A stretch of 32,000 nucleotides of DNA. Source: Candidatus Harpocratesius repetitus (GTDB lineage Archaea > Asgardarchaeota > Lokiarchaeia > Sigyniarchaeales > Promethearchaeaceae). A program made the translations under genes and the position numbers. The stretch lies in assembly GCA_021498095.1 (NCBI GenBank), contig JAIZWK010000001.1, positions 3,450,001-3,482,000 of the forward strand. The letters run 5' to 3'. This document shows positions 11,065-21,001 of this stretch, one piece after another. The notes beneath the pieces are model-generated. The model was not told the origin of the DNA. It saw only the letters and a list, made by a program, of their open reading frames with translations, and made no database searches. Numbering within the stretch: the first letter of the stretch is position 1; each line of letters begins with the position of its first letter.

Positions 11065-12270
11065 TTAAATAGGAATAAGTAAATCCTTAGCATTATTTCC
11101 AACGACTATTTGAAGAAAAACATGAGTAGATGGAAAGGAGCCTATAACCAATTCAAGATTTCCACGAATTCGAACTTTTTCTAATAGCCTAACATTTTCT
11201 GTAAAACGCCCTCTAAGGGTAAAAACTTGCTGAATGTTTTCTAACTTAATCCCAAAGTTATCGAGAATTTGCTGCTTTTTAGAATTAATATTAGGCGGAT
11301 GAATAATTCGTACATTTCCTAATTCAACTTTACATGGTGTAATCCACCAGTACTCATCCCCTATTACTTGAGCCTGCACTTCAATTATTCCAAATGTTTG
11401 GATTTTCTGGGATTCAAATTGATTAATTTTTGCATACGATTCACGATTTTCAAATTCAAAGTAGCGAATAAAAAATTCTCGATTTCTAAAAAAACCTTGA
11501 TGTAATTTCCGTAATTCAATATGAACAAATGAATGAAAAGGAATATGATGCGCAGGAACCCTTAGATCATAAAGCTTCTCCAATTCTTTTATGGAATATC
11601 CTCTTAATCTTGAATTATACTTATCCTTCTCTTCTCGAAAAAGATTTGAAAGATAATTTCTCACCCGCAGGCCGGCATCGAAACCATAGATAATTAGATC
11701 AATATCTGAATCTTCATCATTCATCCCAATTAGACAAGATCCTGTAACTCCAAAATGATTCTGATTCAATCCGGTATTTTCACATAATTCATGGATAAAA
11801 TCGATTGCATCTTTAAGAACATCATTTGATTTAGCATTCTTTTTAGAATTAATATTCTTTTCATTTATTAATTGGTTAATTTCTTCAGATGTAAATTCTT
11901 TTGAATTTATTCGGAAATCATTTAATGCCATTGATTCAGGACGGTAATGTTTTCGAATTAAAGAATATGAAACTTGTGGAATCAGAAAATCACGATTCTG
12001 GTGAGAAAGTGGGATGTGTGGATATAATAATTGAAGAATTTCGAATTTTGCGGCTAAAGATTTCAACTTATAAAAAAAATTGGAATTAATTATTCGAAAT
12101 TTAGGATAAAAAAGCTTTTTAATTTTTGTTTTGTCGATATTTTTTATCTTAATTTGAGGAATATAACGGGGAAGTGCAACTACAGCACCTTTAGGATGTT
12201 GAAAACCTTTCACTTCAAAAAAACTTCCATCAATTAACTCAATAAAGTCTCCTTCCAGAAATATGCTCAT
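11065..12270 (-). CDS. Archaeal predicted nucleotidyltransferase (COG1665-like, Pol-beta fold)
   Basis: [19 protein letters not shown] (GS + DxD); N-terminal EGDFIE..F.VKG..HP; C-terminal [16 protein letters not shown]. Confidence 0.75.
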   Translation of the reverse strand: MSIFLEGDFIELIDGSFFEVKGFQHPKGAVVALPRYIPQIKIKNIDKTKIKKLFYPKFRIINSNFFYKLKSLAAKFEILQLLYPHIPLSHQNRDFLIPQVSYSLIRKHYRPESMALNDFRINSKEFTSEEINQLINEKNINSKKNAKSNDVLKDAIDFIHELCENTGLNQNHFGVTGSCLIGMNDEDSDIDLIIYGFDAGLRVRNYLSNLFREEKDKYNSRLRGYSIKELEKLYDLRVPAHHIPFHSFVHIELRKLHQGFFRNREFFIRYFEFENRESYAKINQFESQKIQTFGIIEVQAQVIGDEYWWITPCKVELGNVRIIHPPNINSKKQQILDNFGIKLENIQQVFTLRGRFTENVRLLEKVRIRGNLELVIGSFPSTHVFLQIVVGNNAKDLLIPI

Positions 12271-12313
12271 TTTTTTCCTTAATTTTATTTGGAATCAAAC
12301 ATTTATCAAAATA

Positions 12314-12862
12314 ATGAAAATGGAGAATCTTATCCGAGAGATGCTTATTGAATTAGGAGAAGATCCAGATAGAGAAGGATTACTGAAAACTCCAGAGCGA
12401 ACAGCGAAAGCTATGAAATTTTTGACCCAAGGATATACACAAGATATTAATGAAGTAATTAATGGTGCTCTTTTTGAAAGTGAATCTGATGAGATGATTA
12501 TTGTAAAAAATATTGAAGTTTATTCAATGTGCGAACACCATATGCTTCCATTTATTGGAAAATGTCATTTAGGATACATCCCAAATGGTAAAATTATTGG
12601 TTTATCAAAAATTGCTCGAATAGTTGATGTATTTGCTCGACGATTACAAATCCAGGAAAGGCTTACTAAGCAAATTGCAGATGCAGTTATGAAATACACA
12701 GGTGCAATGGGAGTAGGTGTTGTAATCGAAGCTCAACACTTGTGCATGATGATGCGAGGTGTTGAAAAACAGAATTCAGTAATGACCACTTCATCAATGA
12801 CAGGAGTTTTTCGAAAAGATCCAAAAACTCGAACAGAATTTCTAAGTTTAATTCAAAAATAA
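12314..12862 (+). CDS. folE: GTP cyclohydrolase I (FolE type)
   Basis: [35 protein letters not shown]...[21 protein letters not shown]; ATG at 12314 (or 12320) preferred. Confidence 0.97.
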   Translation: MKMENLIREMLIELGEDPDREGLLKTPERTAKAMKFLTQGYTQDINEVINGALFESESDEMIIVKNIEVYSMCEHHMLPFIGKCHLGYIPNGKIIGLSKIARIVDVFARRLQIQERLTKQIADAVMKYTGAMGVGVVIEAQHLCMMMRGVEKQNSVMTTSSMTGVFRKDPKTRTEFLSLIQK

Positions 12863-12935
12863 ATAGAGAATAATTTAGCAACTAAGAAATACTTCACTTG
12901 TCATTCTCATATTTATCTAATTCTTCTTTCTTTTT

Positions 12936-13703
12936 TCATTTCTGATGATAGTTTTTTATCCATTTTAATGAATGATCAATAAATTCAGTTAAATGTTCGC
13001 CTTGAAACTCATGGGTAGCCCCTTTTACTTCGATATACTTCTGCTCAGTTTTATTAGGAAGAAGAGAATATGCTTTACGCGTCCATTTTGGTAACACACC
13101 ATTATCTGCATCTCCTTGTATGATTAAACAAGATTCAGTAAAATTCTGTAACCGTTTCTCAATATCTATTGCCCAAATGGTATCTAAAAAGGATTTTTCA
13201 AGTATTAATGGTTCATTATTAGCAGAAGGAATAGTTATTGGTTTTCGACTGAACATAGCTGCAATTCTCATGAAAAAACCTTTCTTTCCAATGATCTTTC
13301 TCATGTAAAAGGCAGGTGCCCAAAAGACGGTCGTAATTCGTTCAGGAATATTGGCTAACAAAGATGTTAGACCTCCAAAACTTAAACCAATAATGCTTAT
13401 TTTAGTAAAACCTTGACTCTTACTCCATGAAAATACAGATTCGAGATCTTTTACTTGCTGAGTAATTGTTATAGGTATTCTTGGGTTTTTTCCTGAACCT
13501 GAAAAATCAAAAGTAAGTGCAGCAAAACCTATTTCAGTAAATTTTTCTGCCGTGGCTGGAAAACGTCCCCATTCATTCTGATCACCGGTGAAACCATGGC
13601 AAAGTATTACAAGATCAGTTGGAGATGAGTCATCTTCTGGCAAATATAAAATTCCACCTAAAGTCTGCTGATTGGTAGGTAATTGAATTTTTCTTTGTTT
13701 CAT
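12936..13703 (-). CDS. Alpha/beta hydrolase
   Basis: Oxyanion HGFTG, nucleophile GLSFGG, IQGDAD acid, ATHEF histidine. Confidence 0.9.
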   Translation of the reverse strand: MKQRKIQLPTNQQTLGGILYLPEDDSSPTDLVILCHGFTGDQNEWGRFPATAEKFTEIGFAALTFDFSGSGKNPRIPITITQQVKDLESVFSWSKSQGFTKISIIGLSFGGLTSLLANIPERITTVFWAPAFYMRKIIGKKGFFMRIAAMFSRKPITIPSANNEPLILEKSFLDTIWAIDIEKRLQNFTESCLIIQGDADNGVLPKWTRKAYSLLPNKTEQKYIEVKGATHEFQGEHLTEFIDHSLKWIKNYHQK

Positions 13704-13803
13704 AAAATCATTTCCGTTAATTTACAATTGAATTAACTTATATTTGAAAATTATTTTTGTATCTTCGATCTATCAATTAATTCGATAAAAATGCATGAAA
13801 AGA

Positions 13804-15633
13804 CTAATTTTGCTCAAATGAAGTACCGAATTTTAAGGCTAACTCTGCTCGGTAAAGCTCTTTTCCCAAATAAGCCGCATGATCCAATCGACTAACAAGA
13901 TTTTTCTTTAAAATATTTTTATAGAGTGATTCAGCATTATTACCAATAAAAATTCGTGGTTTTTCATTATAATTAGTGTAATGTACAGCAACTATCTGAT
14001 TATTGTCAAGATCGACATATATTTTAAAAAATCCTGAGGGGTCCATCTTTGCATCTGTGATATTGGGTGAAATTGAGAAAATTTCAGCTTTTTGCTTATT
14101 TTTCCCCTCTTGATTTTGAAATAACATGGAAGGAACAGGAGTGTATTCCCTCTTGGATTTGAAAGAAAATGCATTAATTCCCAAATTTATTGGAGGTGCT
14201 TTATTTACTTTCGCTAAAAACATTAAGTTAGAACTTTTTTGAAATTCTGATATAACCAAATGGCATTTTTTGGAATATTCTGTTAAAAGAACGCCTGAAA
14301 TCTGCAGTTCTGTAAACAATGAAGAAAGCAAGGCAGTAATTCCCGGAGAATCTGCATCCATCAATTCGATTACATTACTTGCGCCTGCAAATAATTGGGG
14401 AATTGGAAAATTGTTAAGATGATAAAAACTTGATTTATTCTTTTCAATTTTTAATTGGATTGGATTTGATTTATTCAAATTTGAATTATTTTGTTGTATA
14501 TTATCTTGTTTTGAATGATTTTGATTTGAATCATTAAAATTTATTTGTTCTGAATTTGGATCATCTTGATTTTGAAGATTGTTAATTAAATACCGAAGAA
14601 CCCAATATCGTTGGAGTGAAATAACTAAACCTGGTCTAATTGGCGTGCTTAACAAAGGATCTAAAAGAATTTTCTTAAATCCATAAGAACTAACCTGAAT
14701 ATAAAAGGCTAATAACATTTTCAAATACGAGGATTCTAATGGGGCTAATTGCTTAAAATCAAATGGAAATTCTAAATCCAAATCACTATAATCGAATTTA
14801 TAATCAGAAGGAGAGAATTCTGGCGGAATAAGGCAAACTACAGTAATATCTTTAGGTATATCTTTCAATTGATCAAAATTATTCGGTGTTAAATTTAAAA
14901 CCATAGATGCCCCATATTTTACTGCAGTGCGTATTTCTGAGGCATTTCCACTGTCAATTGAAAAAGGAACGGCATATTTTTTTCTTAATTTGGGAAGAAT
15001 CTCTTGAATTCGCGCACAATGATCCTCATAAGGCACACAACCTAAATCAATTATATCAGCGCCATGTTCAATAAGTAATTCAATTTTTTTAAAGAGAAGG
15101 TCGTTTGAAAGAAGAGGAAAATCAACAATTTCACCTAAAACAACTGGTGGAAGATGGGGACTAAAAATAACATCAGGAAATTCAGATGAGAGTGAAAAGG
15201 AAGGACTAAGGGAGCCACTTTTTAGTGATTTGAGAACTTTTTTTATATGTTTATTAAAATTCTCTTGACCTAAGCTATAAGGTGTGAATTCTGCGAGTTT
15301 TAATGATTTTAGATCATTAATTGATGTCTGTTTTAATAATGCGGTAATTTGGGAAGCAAATTTTGGCCCTTTTATAATTGGAATGTGAATTGCTTCTTCT
15401 ATCTTATTTGGATTCCATGGTATCAGCCCTGAAATCATTATCAGATCATATTTTTCTAAAGATATTTTCTGCAAACAGTTCAGAACAGATTGCGGTGAAC
15501 TAAGCGAAATGACAGATACAGGACATTGATGGACAAAAAGTTGAAATCGATCATCCACGAATTGTTCATGTAAAGACTCTAATTGTGGAGCAGCTTCTTT
15601 TCCTGTTATTAAAAGAATCTTAGTAATACTCAT
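13804..15633 (-). CDS. Dihydropteroate synthase-related protein (archaeal DHPS-like family with C-terminal DUF4346-like domain)
   Basis: ILLITGKEA N-terminus, IIKGPK, VLGEIVD, GADIIDLG, PFSIDS, LLDP, NVIELMDADSPG, LLTEYS, MDPSGFFKI, LVSRLDHAAYLGKELYRAELAL. Confidence 0.85.
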   Translation of the reverse strand: MSITKILLITGKEAAPQLESLHEQFVDDRFQLFVHQCPVSVISLSSPQSVLNCLQKISLEKYDLIMISGLIPWNPNKIEEAIHIPIIKGPKFASQITALLKQTSINDLKSLKLAEFTPYSLGQENFNKHIKKVLKSLKSGSLSPSFSLSSEFPDVIFSPHLPPVVLGEIVDFPLLSNDLLFKKIELLIEHGADIIDLGCVPYEDHCARIQEILPKLRKKYAVPFSIDSGNASEIRTAVKYGASMVLNLTPNNFDQLKDIPKDITVVCLIPPEFSPSDYKFDYSDLDLEFPFDFKQLAPLESSYLKMLLAFYIQVSSYGFKKILLDPLLSTPIRPGLVISLQRYWVLRYLINNLQNQDDPNSEQINFNDSNQNHSKQDNIQQNNSNLNKSNPIQLKIEKNKSSFYHLNNFPIPQLFAGASNVIELMDADSPGITALLSSLFTELQISGVLLTEYSKKCHLVISEFQKSSNLMFLAKVNKAPPINLGINAFSFKSKREYTPVPSMLFQNQEGKNKQKAEIFSISPNITDAKMDPSGFFKIYVDLDNNQIVAVHYTNYNEKPRIFIGNNAESLYKNILKKNLVSRLDHAAYLGKELYRAELALKFGTSFEQN

Positions 15634-15642
15634 ATTAAAACC

Positions 15643-16221
15643 TTAATTTAATGGAAAATTTTCTTGAACTGCCTTACATAAATTTCGAGGGTTCTCAAAT
15701 AAAGAAACTGTGGGAAATTTCCTTAAAGAACGCGCATTTTGGCTGTTAAAATTGTCAACGGTAATTTGTATTGTTTTTCCATTTGGAGTAATGGTTGAGA
15801 TAATGCCAGGTATTAAATCACAAGGGACGGCATAAATTGGTCCATTTCCTTTAATCATTTGTGAAAAGATATTAGTTATTAATGAATCTGCTATTCCAAC
15901 ATTCATTTTCCCAACTGAATTAGCAGAAAGCGGACTTATTATTAATAAATCATAGGTATGAAGATTAAACTTAGCACAAATAGGAAATCCTGGTGGTTGA
16001 TCTTGTTCACGATATATATGTTTAATCTGCTGTGGATGCGAAGACTGCAAGTTTTTTAAACGCTCATATAATCTATAAGTGTTTAATACTGTTTCAGCAG
16101 CTGAAGATAGAAAAAGATCAACTCTCAATCCCTTTTCAACTAATTCTGCAAAACAGTCTATACTCTCTTTTAAAAGATGTCCAGAACCAGTAATACCCCA
16201 TGCTATTTTTTCATGTCCCAT
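15643..16221 (-). CDS. Archaeoflavoprotein (HFCD family; AfpA/dihydromethanopterin reductase-like)
   Basis: IAWGITGSGHLL, FLSSAA, YDLLIISPLSANSVGKMNVGIADSLITN, KG..PIYAVPCD; 9 bp upstream of the DHPS-like gene. Confidence 0.8.
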   Translation of the reverse strand: MGHEKIAWGITGSGHLLKESIDCFAELVEKGLRVDLFLSSAAETVLNTYRLYERLKNLQSSHPQQIKHIYREQDQPPGFPICAKFNLHTYDLLIISPLSANSVGKMNVGIADSLITNIFSQMIKGNGPIYAVPCDLIPGIISTITPNGKTIQITVDNFNSQNARSLRKFPTVSLFENPRNLCKAVQENFPLN

Positions 16222-16611
16222 GATGAAATTTCACTGTACATTGATTTAAATATTTAGCTTTTTTTGGATTTGTGTTAATTAAAAAGAGATAAAGTGATAA
16301 AAAAGAAATAAGATTTGCTAAAAAGACATGAAAGATTAATTAAAATATTCACGTGCTTTTTGTTGCTGCAGAATAAATTTTGTAAATTCACTGCAAGAAT
16401 ATTTTTCATAATAATAGCTTTCCACTTATTGATACTTACTGAAATAATAATGTCCATTTTTATATGTAAAAAATGCAGAATTTTTTTGAATCGCCATTAT
16501 ACTTTTCTTCAAATTTTGCGTTTAAAAGAATTTCCTTGACAGCAATCAAAAGGATTTTATTTTACCTTCGTCAAACAAATCTTTTTATTACGGCCGTCAA
16601 AGAAAAAATAT

Positions 16612-17400
16612 ATGACAGAAATTAAGTCAAATGCATTTGAAACGGGGCGAACTTATTCAGAACTTCAAAAAATCATTCTTAAAATTCTTCTTGAAGGACC
16701 TTATCGGCAAAATGAACTGCAAACTGAACTTCAGAAACGTATGAATCGAAAGATTACACCTCAAAATCTTTCTTATCATCTAAATGTGTTAGGAAAAAAG
16801 CAATTAATCGAAAAAAAAATCATAGTGCAAATTGGAAATGCGCGCATTGATGAAATAAGAATAAATACAGGACATTTGTAAGAAATAAGGAGAATTTTAG
16901 GAATTGATATTCCAAATTATACGCTAATTACTGGTTTTGGAAAAATGACGTTAGGTCACCGAATTCCTGATATTGTTTTCAATGCGCTCAGACGCTTGAA
17001 TTTTCCTATAACACGGATTGTATGCTTTACTACGCAAGATTCAAAAGTAATTCGTGATGCAAAAGAAAAGGAAGAAAAATTAATAAAAGTAGAAAAATAT
17101 CATTATCAATACAGATACAGGGAAGATTTCTGCAATTTAGATTCAAAATTATATCAACATGATTTAGATCATATATTACGGGAAGAATTAAAAAGCGCCA
17201 ACCTTATTCTGGATTTAACACCTATGTCAAAGCTTTTTTCCTTTTAAATGTTGGAACTCGCTAATCGATATCATTTACCCTGTTTTTTCTTAGGACAGGG
17301 AAAAAATGGCAAAGAATTGTTGATTTGGATGAGTGAAGTGAAGTTAGAAGGAACTATGAACACTGTGACAGTTCATTTAAATTCTTCAAAGGGAAAATAG
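16612..17400 (+). pseudogene. Winged-HTH + CARF/Rossmann-like transcriptional regulator interrupted by two in-frame TAA codons
   Basis: ORFs 16612-16881 and 16945-17247 are in the same frame, which continues to TAG at 17398-17400 (262 aa). TAA at 16879 (GHL*EIRR) and 17245 (LFSF*MLEL). ArsR-like NLSYHLNVL; CARF-like LITGFG and LILDLTPMSK...LPCFF. Confidence 0.7.
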
Positions 17401-18572
17401 ATATCGTCGAGAATTGTTCCTTTTGTTTCAAATAATCCCATATGATCTAGGAGGTCTTGAACTGGCCCTCCCAGAATTCCTTCTGCAATAAGACAAGCAC
17501 CTTGAGCCGCAGTTTTCGCTTGTTTTGAGTAAGATTTCAAGTAATCAAATTCAAATAAGGGGCTTTCACCTAATTTAAATAATTGAAGTCGTTTTTGAAG
17601 TTTCATTTTCAACCATTGAAGATCGACCCCTAAGCCAGTCAGTAGAACTAGAATTCGATAATTTGAAGAAGATCGATAAAAAGAAGAGATTTTTGTAAAG
17701 TGAAATGAGTCTGCAAGTTGGAGAAGTGCCTTCGCTATTTGTTCGATCAGTATTAATTTGATGGGAGAATTTTCTGCTAATTGCTTAAACATTTTATATC
17801 CAGGCAAATTAGCTTCTCTACTGCCATAATTAATCTTATCATCCTCATTCTTATTGTTTAAATATCCAAGAGCAAAAGATGATAACATTGAGTCAATTCC
17901 CCCCTGATAAATCGATTTTTTAGATTTGATATGATCTTTACCTAAGAATACCAGTTCAGAGTCCATTCTTCCCAAAGATTTAAATCCAATTAGATTGCTT
18001 CCACCAATACCATCAATAATTTTGCCATGTTCTACAGCAACAGCTGCAGAAAATCCACGTCCTATTTCTAGCATTATATAATTAATTTCTTGAAATTTAA
18101 GATCTTTTTCATTCGATATTTGGTGAATTCCCTGAACCACATTGCATACTTTATCTGCTGTTCCCATATCTATTATATTTATTTTTCGATAGCGCGGAAC
18201 GGTTGAAAAATGCTTCACTCCAGGGATAATATAAATTGGTATTGAAAGTTCAATAGACACTTCTTTCAAAAGATAAAGAACTTGGCTTAAACCCATTATT
18301 GCTTGTTCCTTAGATGAATGTAGAGTAATTAAAGAAATTTCATGTTGTGAAATATTGGAAATATCCCTAAGTGGCAGACCAAATCCACTAGGAGCGGCAA
18401 TTGCATCCAATGGAAGCTGTTCTTTAATTAAATTCACCACTAATTCAGGATTTGCTTTTATTGAAGAAGAAGAAAGAGTAAAATCGAAAAATACGACTCG
18501 TGAATCACCCTCAATCTCACATCCATAAAAATCCCATGAAACACTCCCTGGATCAACGCCCAACACACGCAT
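17373..18572 (-). CDS. DUF1464 family protein (ASKHA/butyrate-kinase-like fold)
   Basis: MRVLGVDPGSVSWD, PSGFGLPL, IPGVKH..TVP.YRKIN.IDMGTADK, EIGRGFSAAVAVEHGKIIDGIGG; ATG at 18572 preferred. Confidence 0.85.
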   Translation of the reverse strand: MRVLGVDPGSVSWDFYGCEIEGDSRVVFFDFTLSSSSIKANPELVVNLIKEQLPLDAIAAPSGFGLPLRDISNISQHEISLITLHSSKEQAIMGLSQVLYLLKEVSIELSIPIYIIPGVKHFSTVPRYRKINIIDMGTADKVCNVVQGIHQISNEKDLKFQEINYIMLEIGRGFSAAVAVEHGKIIDGIGGSNLIGFKSLGRMDSELVFLGKDHIKSKKSIYQGGIDSMLSSFALGYLNNKNEDDKINYGSREANLPGYKMFKQLAENSPIKLILIEQIAKALLQLADSFHFTKISSFYRSSSNYRILVLLTGLGVDLQWLKMKLQKRLQLFKLGESPLFEFDYLKSYSKQAKTAAQGACLIAEGILGGPVQDLLDHMGLFETKGTILDDIYFPFEEFK

Positions 18573-18653
18573 GAAAATCAAAATAACTAGGGTTTGGAGA
18601 TTTTTCAACTTTCCCGAAAATTCTTTTAGTTCAACAACATATATTAAATAAAC

Positions 18654-19367
18654 ATGAATGAACTCTCTTCATACAGAATACATGACGATTTACTCACTTT
18701 CAAGCCATTTATTAATTATGAATCAATTGTTTGTGTATATTTTCCCAATACAGAAAAAAAAATTAATGCCGCATGCATTGGTGTTCATTTTACCCCAACA
18801 AACGAAGTTTATATTCATGCATATGAAGATACACATACTAAAGAATTGTTAACTGTCGGAACTCGCTTTTCTATCAATTTTTCAGAAAATTTTTATGAAT
18901 ACGTTGTAGCTGCTTTAAGACGGAAAGATCATGATGAACCCATAGATGAACTACCAAGATCAGCCTTTTTAATAAGTGATTCTATACCTATTCTAAAAAG
19001 TGCATGGGCAGCGGTTGAATGTGAAGTATTGGCCCTGCCTTCATCTTTACTCGAAAAACCAGTATGCAAACGGAGAGAAATTCCAAATATTCGTGCTCGA
19101 ATTATTAAAAAAGAGGTTTTTCGACTACCTGTATTATTCAATAATAGATCTATGAATCTATCAATTGAAGCACTAATATTAGTTACCAGAATTCCTATTT
19201 ATGAAAAATATTCAAAAGAATTTAATGATACATTAAAAATATATAATATTATCAAACGAAAGATCATCAGTTGGCGGGACATGGAAAGATTTCATCAATC
19301 TTATGAGTTGATGGATAATTATTTGATTGAAAATGGTGTAAAACCACAAGAATTGTCTTTTTTTTAA
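18654..19367 (+). CDS. DUF447 family protein (split-barrel-like)
   Basis: YESIV, NAACIGV, THT.ELL..F.INF, LKSAWAAVECEV, NRS...IEALILVTRI. Confidence 0.75.
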   Translation: MNELSSYRIHDDLLTFKPFINYESIVCVYFPNTEKKINAACIGVHFTPTNEVYIHAYEDTHTKELLTVGTRFSINFSENFYEYVVAALRRKDHDEPIDELPRSAFLISDSIPILKSAWAAVECEVLALPSSLLEKPVCKRREIPNIRARIIKKEVFRLPVLFNNRSMNLSIEALILVTRIPIYEKYSKEFNDTLKIYNIIKRKIISWRDMERFHQSYELMDNYLIENGVKPQELSFF

Positions 19368-19431
19368 TTATTCGCTTGAAAAAAAAGAAGAATGAAGTGC
19401 TTATAATAAAAAGTAATTTAAAAAAAGATTT

Positions 19432-20496
19432 TCAAACAAGATCTAGCATATATTCGTCATATTCATCTCTATCACGCTTATTTGTATATATTTTAGCAGA
19501 AATTTTAGAATTGAGTTGAAAAACACTTGTATTAAATGTTATATGTGTTCCTTTTTTTGGAATGGGTGTTGGAGTGATGAATATCTGCTCATCCCATAAT
19601 ATGTTTAATGCACCATCAAGTGATTTCTCGGTATTTGGAAGCAGTACTTTGCTGCGATCCCAGCGTCTTTTAGTTGTTGAAACAGAACTGTCGGGAACGC
19701 GAATATCTGCAAATTTAGGAGCAATGTAATGATTAGGATGAAAAAAACGATCTTCAATTTCTGTTACCGCAAAATCATTACCTGTAATCTCAATATTTAC
19801 TGCTCGATGTTCCTTAAGACTGACAATGTTATAACTTACCCCCCCAGTTCGAGGAGAAAAACCATGAGCCCGTTCTACAGCCTGCTCAATTGATTTTGAT
19901 TCGAGCATCCACCTACCTAAAATAGTGCGAGGAATTCCCACAGCACCTACTGGATCGGGAACATAATTGCAGGTAATAATAATTCCATTGGAATTCATCC
20001 CATGCGAATAACCGGGAATGCAGCCAGGGTATGTATGGCAAAATATAGTCAAATCTTCACTTAGTTTCATCTGCAAATAATAAGAATTTTCACACATCAC
20101 CTTGTTATGATCTTCGTTATGTGCCAATAATATTTCACTTTGAATGCCCTTTGGAGTAATTTTTTTTGTATTAAAAATTACTGTGGAACAATTTTCATGC
20201 TCAAACAGGTGAAATAAATTAATTAGCAAAATTTTTTGATAATCAATACCTGAACCATCTGAAATTCCACGAATCTCCTCTAAATACTGCGGAAAATGAT
20301 TCTTGATTAATTCTTCTGCTGTTTTTACTTTTTGAGGGTTTCTATGATCAAACTTTTCTAAATTTTGTATTCGAATACTTTTTTGAAGCACATTATTTAT
20401 TTGATTTCGAAAATTCTGTCCCATTTTAAATCCAATTTCATAATTAGAACCTTCTACTGTAAGAAATGGAAAAAACTTGAAAGATTGCTCAGTCAT
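19432..20496 (-). CDS. Peptidase C45 family Ntn hydrolase / acyltransferase
   Basis: YLEEIRGISDGSG, autoprocessing ENCST, LAHNED, GMNSNGI, HPNHY; ATG at 20496 preferred. Confidence 0.85.
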   Translation of the reverse strand: MTEQSFKFFPFLTVEGSNYEIGFKMGQNFRNQINNVLQKSIRIQNLEKFDHRNPQKVKTAEELIKNHFPQYLEEIRGISDGSGIDYQKILLINLFHLFEHENCSTVIFNTKKITPKGIQSEILLAHNEDHNKVMCENSYYLQMKLSEDLTIFCHTYPGCIPGYSHGMNSNGIIITCNYVPDPVGAVGIPRTILGRWMLESKSIEQAVERAHGFSPRTGGVSYNIVSLKEHRAVNIEITGNDFAVTEIEDRFFHPNHYIAPKFADIRVPDSSVSTTKRRWDRSKVLLPNTEKSLDGALNILWDEQIFITPTPIPKKGTHITFNTSVFQLNSKISAKIYTNKRDRDEYDEYMLDLV

Positions 20497-20591
20497 TAAA
20501 TTAAATAACATAACTCTGAATTTGAAAGTTAACATTTAACATAATTTTCTCTCTAATAAATATAAATAGACAAAATAGTGAAGAGATACTA

Positions 20592-20993
20592 TCATAATTG
20601 CGTTATACTTTTAATAAACATCATAGGATAATTTAAATCTGACATCCACTGGACTCGCCCAACTGCTTTCCAATTTCTATAAACAATTTCTACTTCTGCT
20701 TGAAGATTTTTACCCGAAACGTATGTATAATCATACTCGTTGGATTTAGTATAATGATGGCTCATACCTTCTTTTAAATCAGTAATTTCTACTTTAACTG
20801 ATTTTACAAAAGGTTGACATTCAATTGAAGCTTTAATACCTTCAGCAATGCTTTTCTTTGTTTCTTCATCATTTTTTATAGGTGCACCGAAAACCAAATG
20901 AAAAAGTGCAGCTAATTTAATTCCCAACTCAAAGATTGCAATTTCTCTGTCTGTTACATCAGGAGAATGATAATCACGAGCTAATTCTTCCAT
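20592..20993 (-). CDS. mptD: Archaeal dihydroneopterin aldolase (MptD)
   Basis: TDREIAIFELGIKLAALFHL.FG.P, SIECQPFVKSV.V, Y...SG.NL, LNYPMMFI. Confidence 0.85.
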   Translation of the reverse strand: MEELARDYHSPDVTDREIAIFELGIKLAALFHLVFGAPIKNDEETKKSIAEGIKASIECQPFVKSVKVEITDLKEGMSHHYTKSNEYDYTYVSGKNLQAEVEIVYRNWKAVGRVQWMSDLNYPMMFIKSITQL

Positions 20994-21001
20994 AGTTAGT
21001 A

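Noticed and set aside
16275-16539. Small ORFs 16275-16457 (-) and 16315-16539 (+)
   Set aside because: Overlapping AT-rich F/I/K-biased frames in a divergent promoter region; no recognisable motif
16879-17247. Genome-wide TAA reassignment
   Set aside because: Conserved genes here (folE, EndoQ, srp19, the ATPase) end at TAA at their expected C-termini
16612-17400. CRISPR-Cas locus implied by the CARF-like domain
   Set aside because: No repeat-spacer array or cas genes seen in the 32 kb
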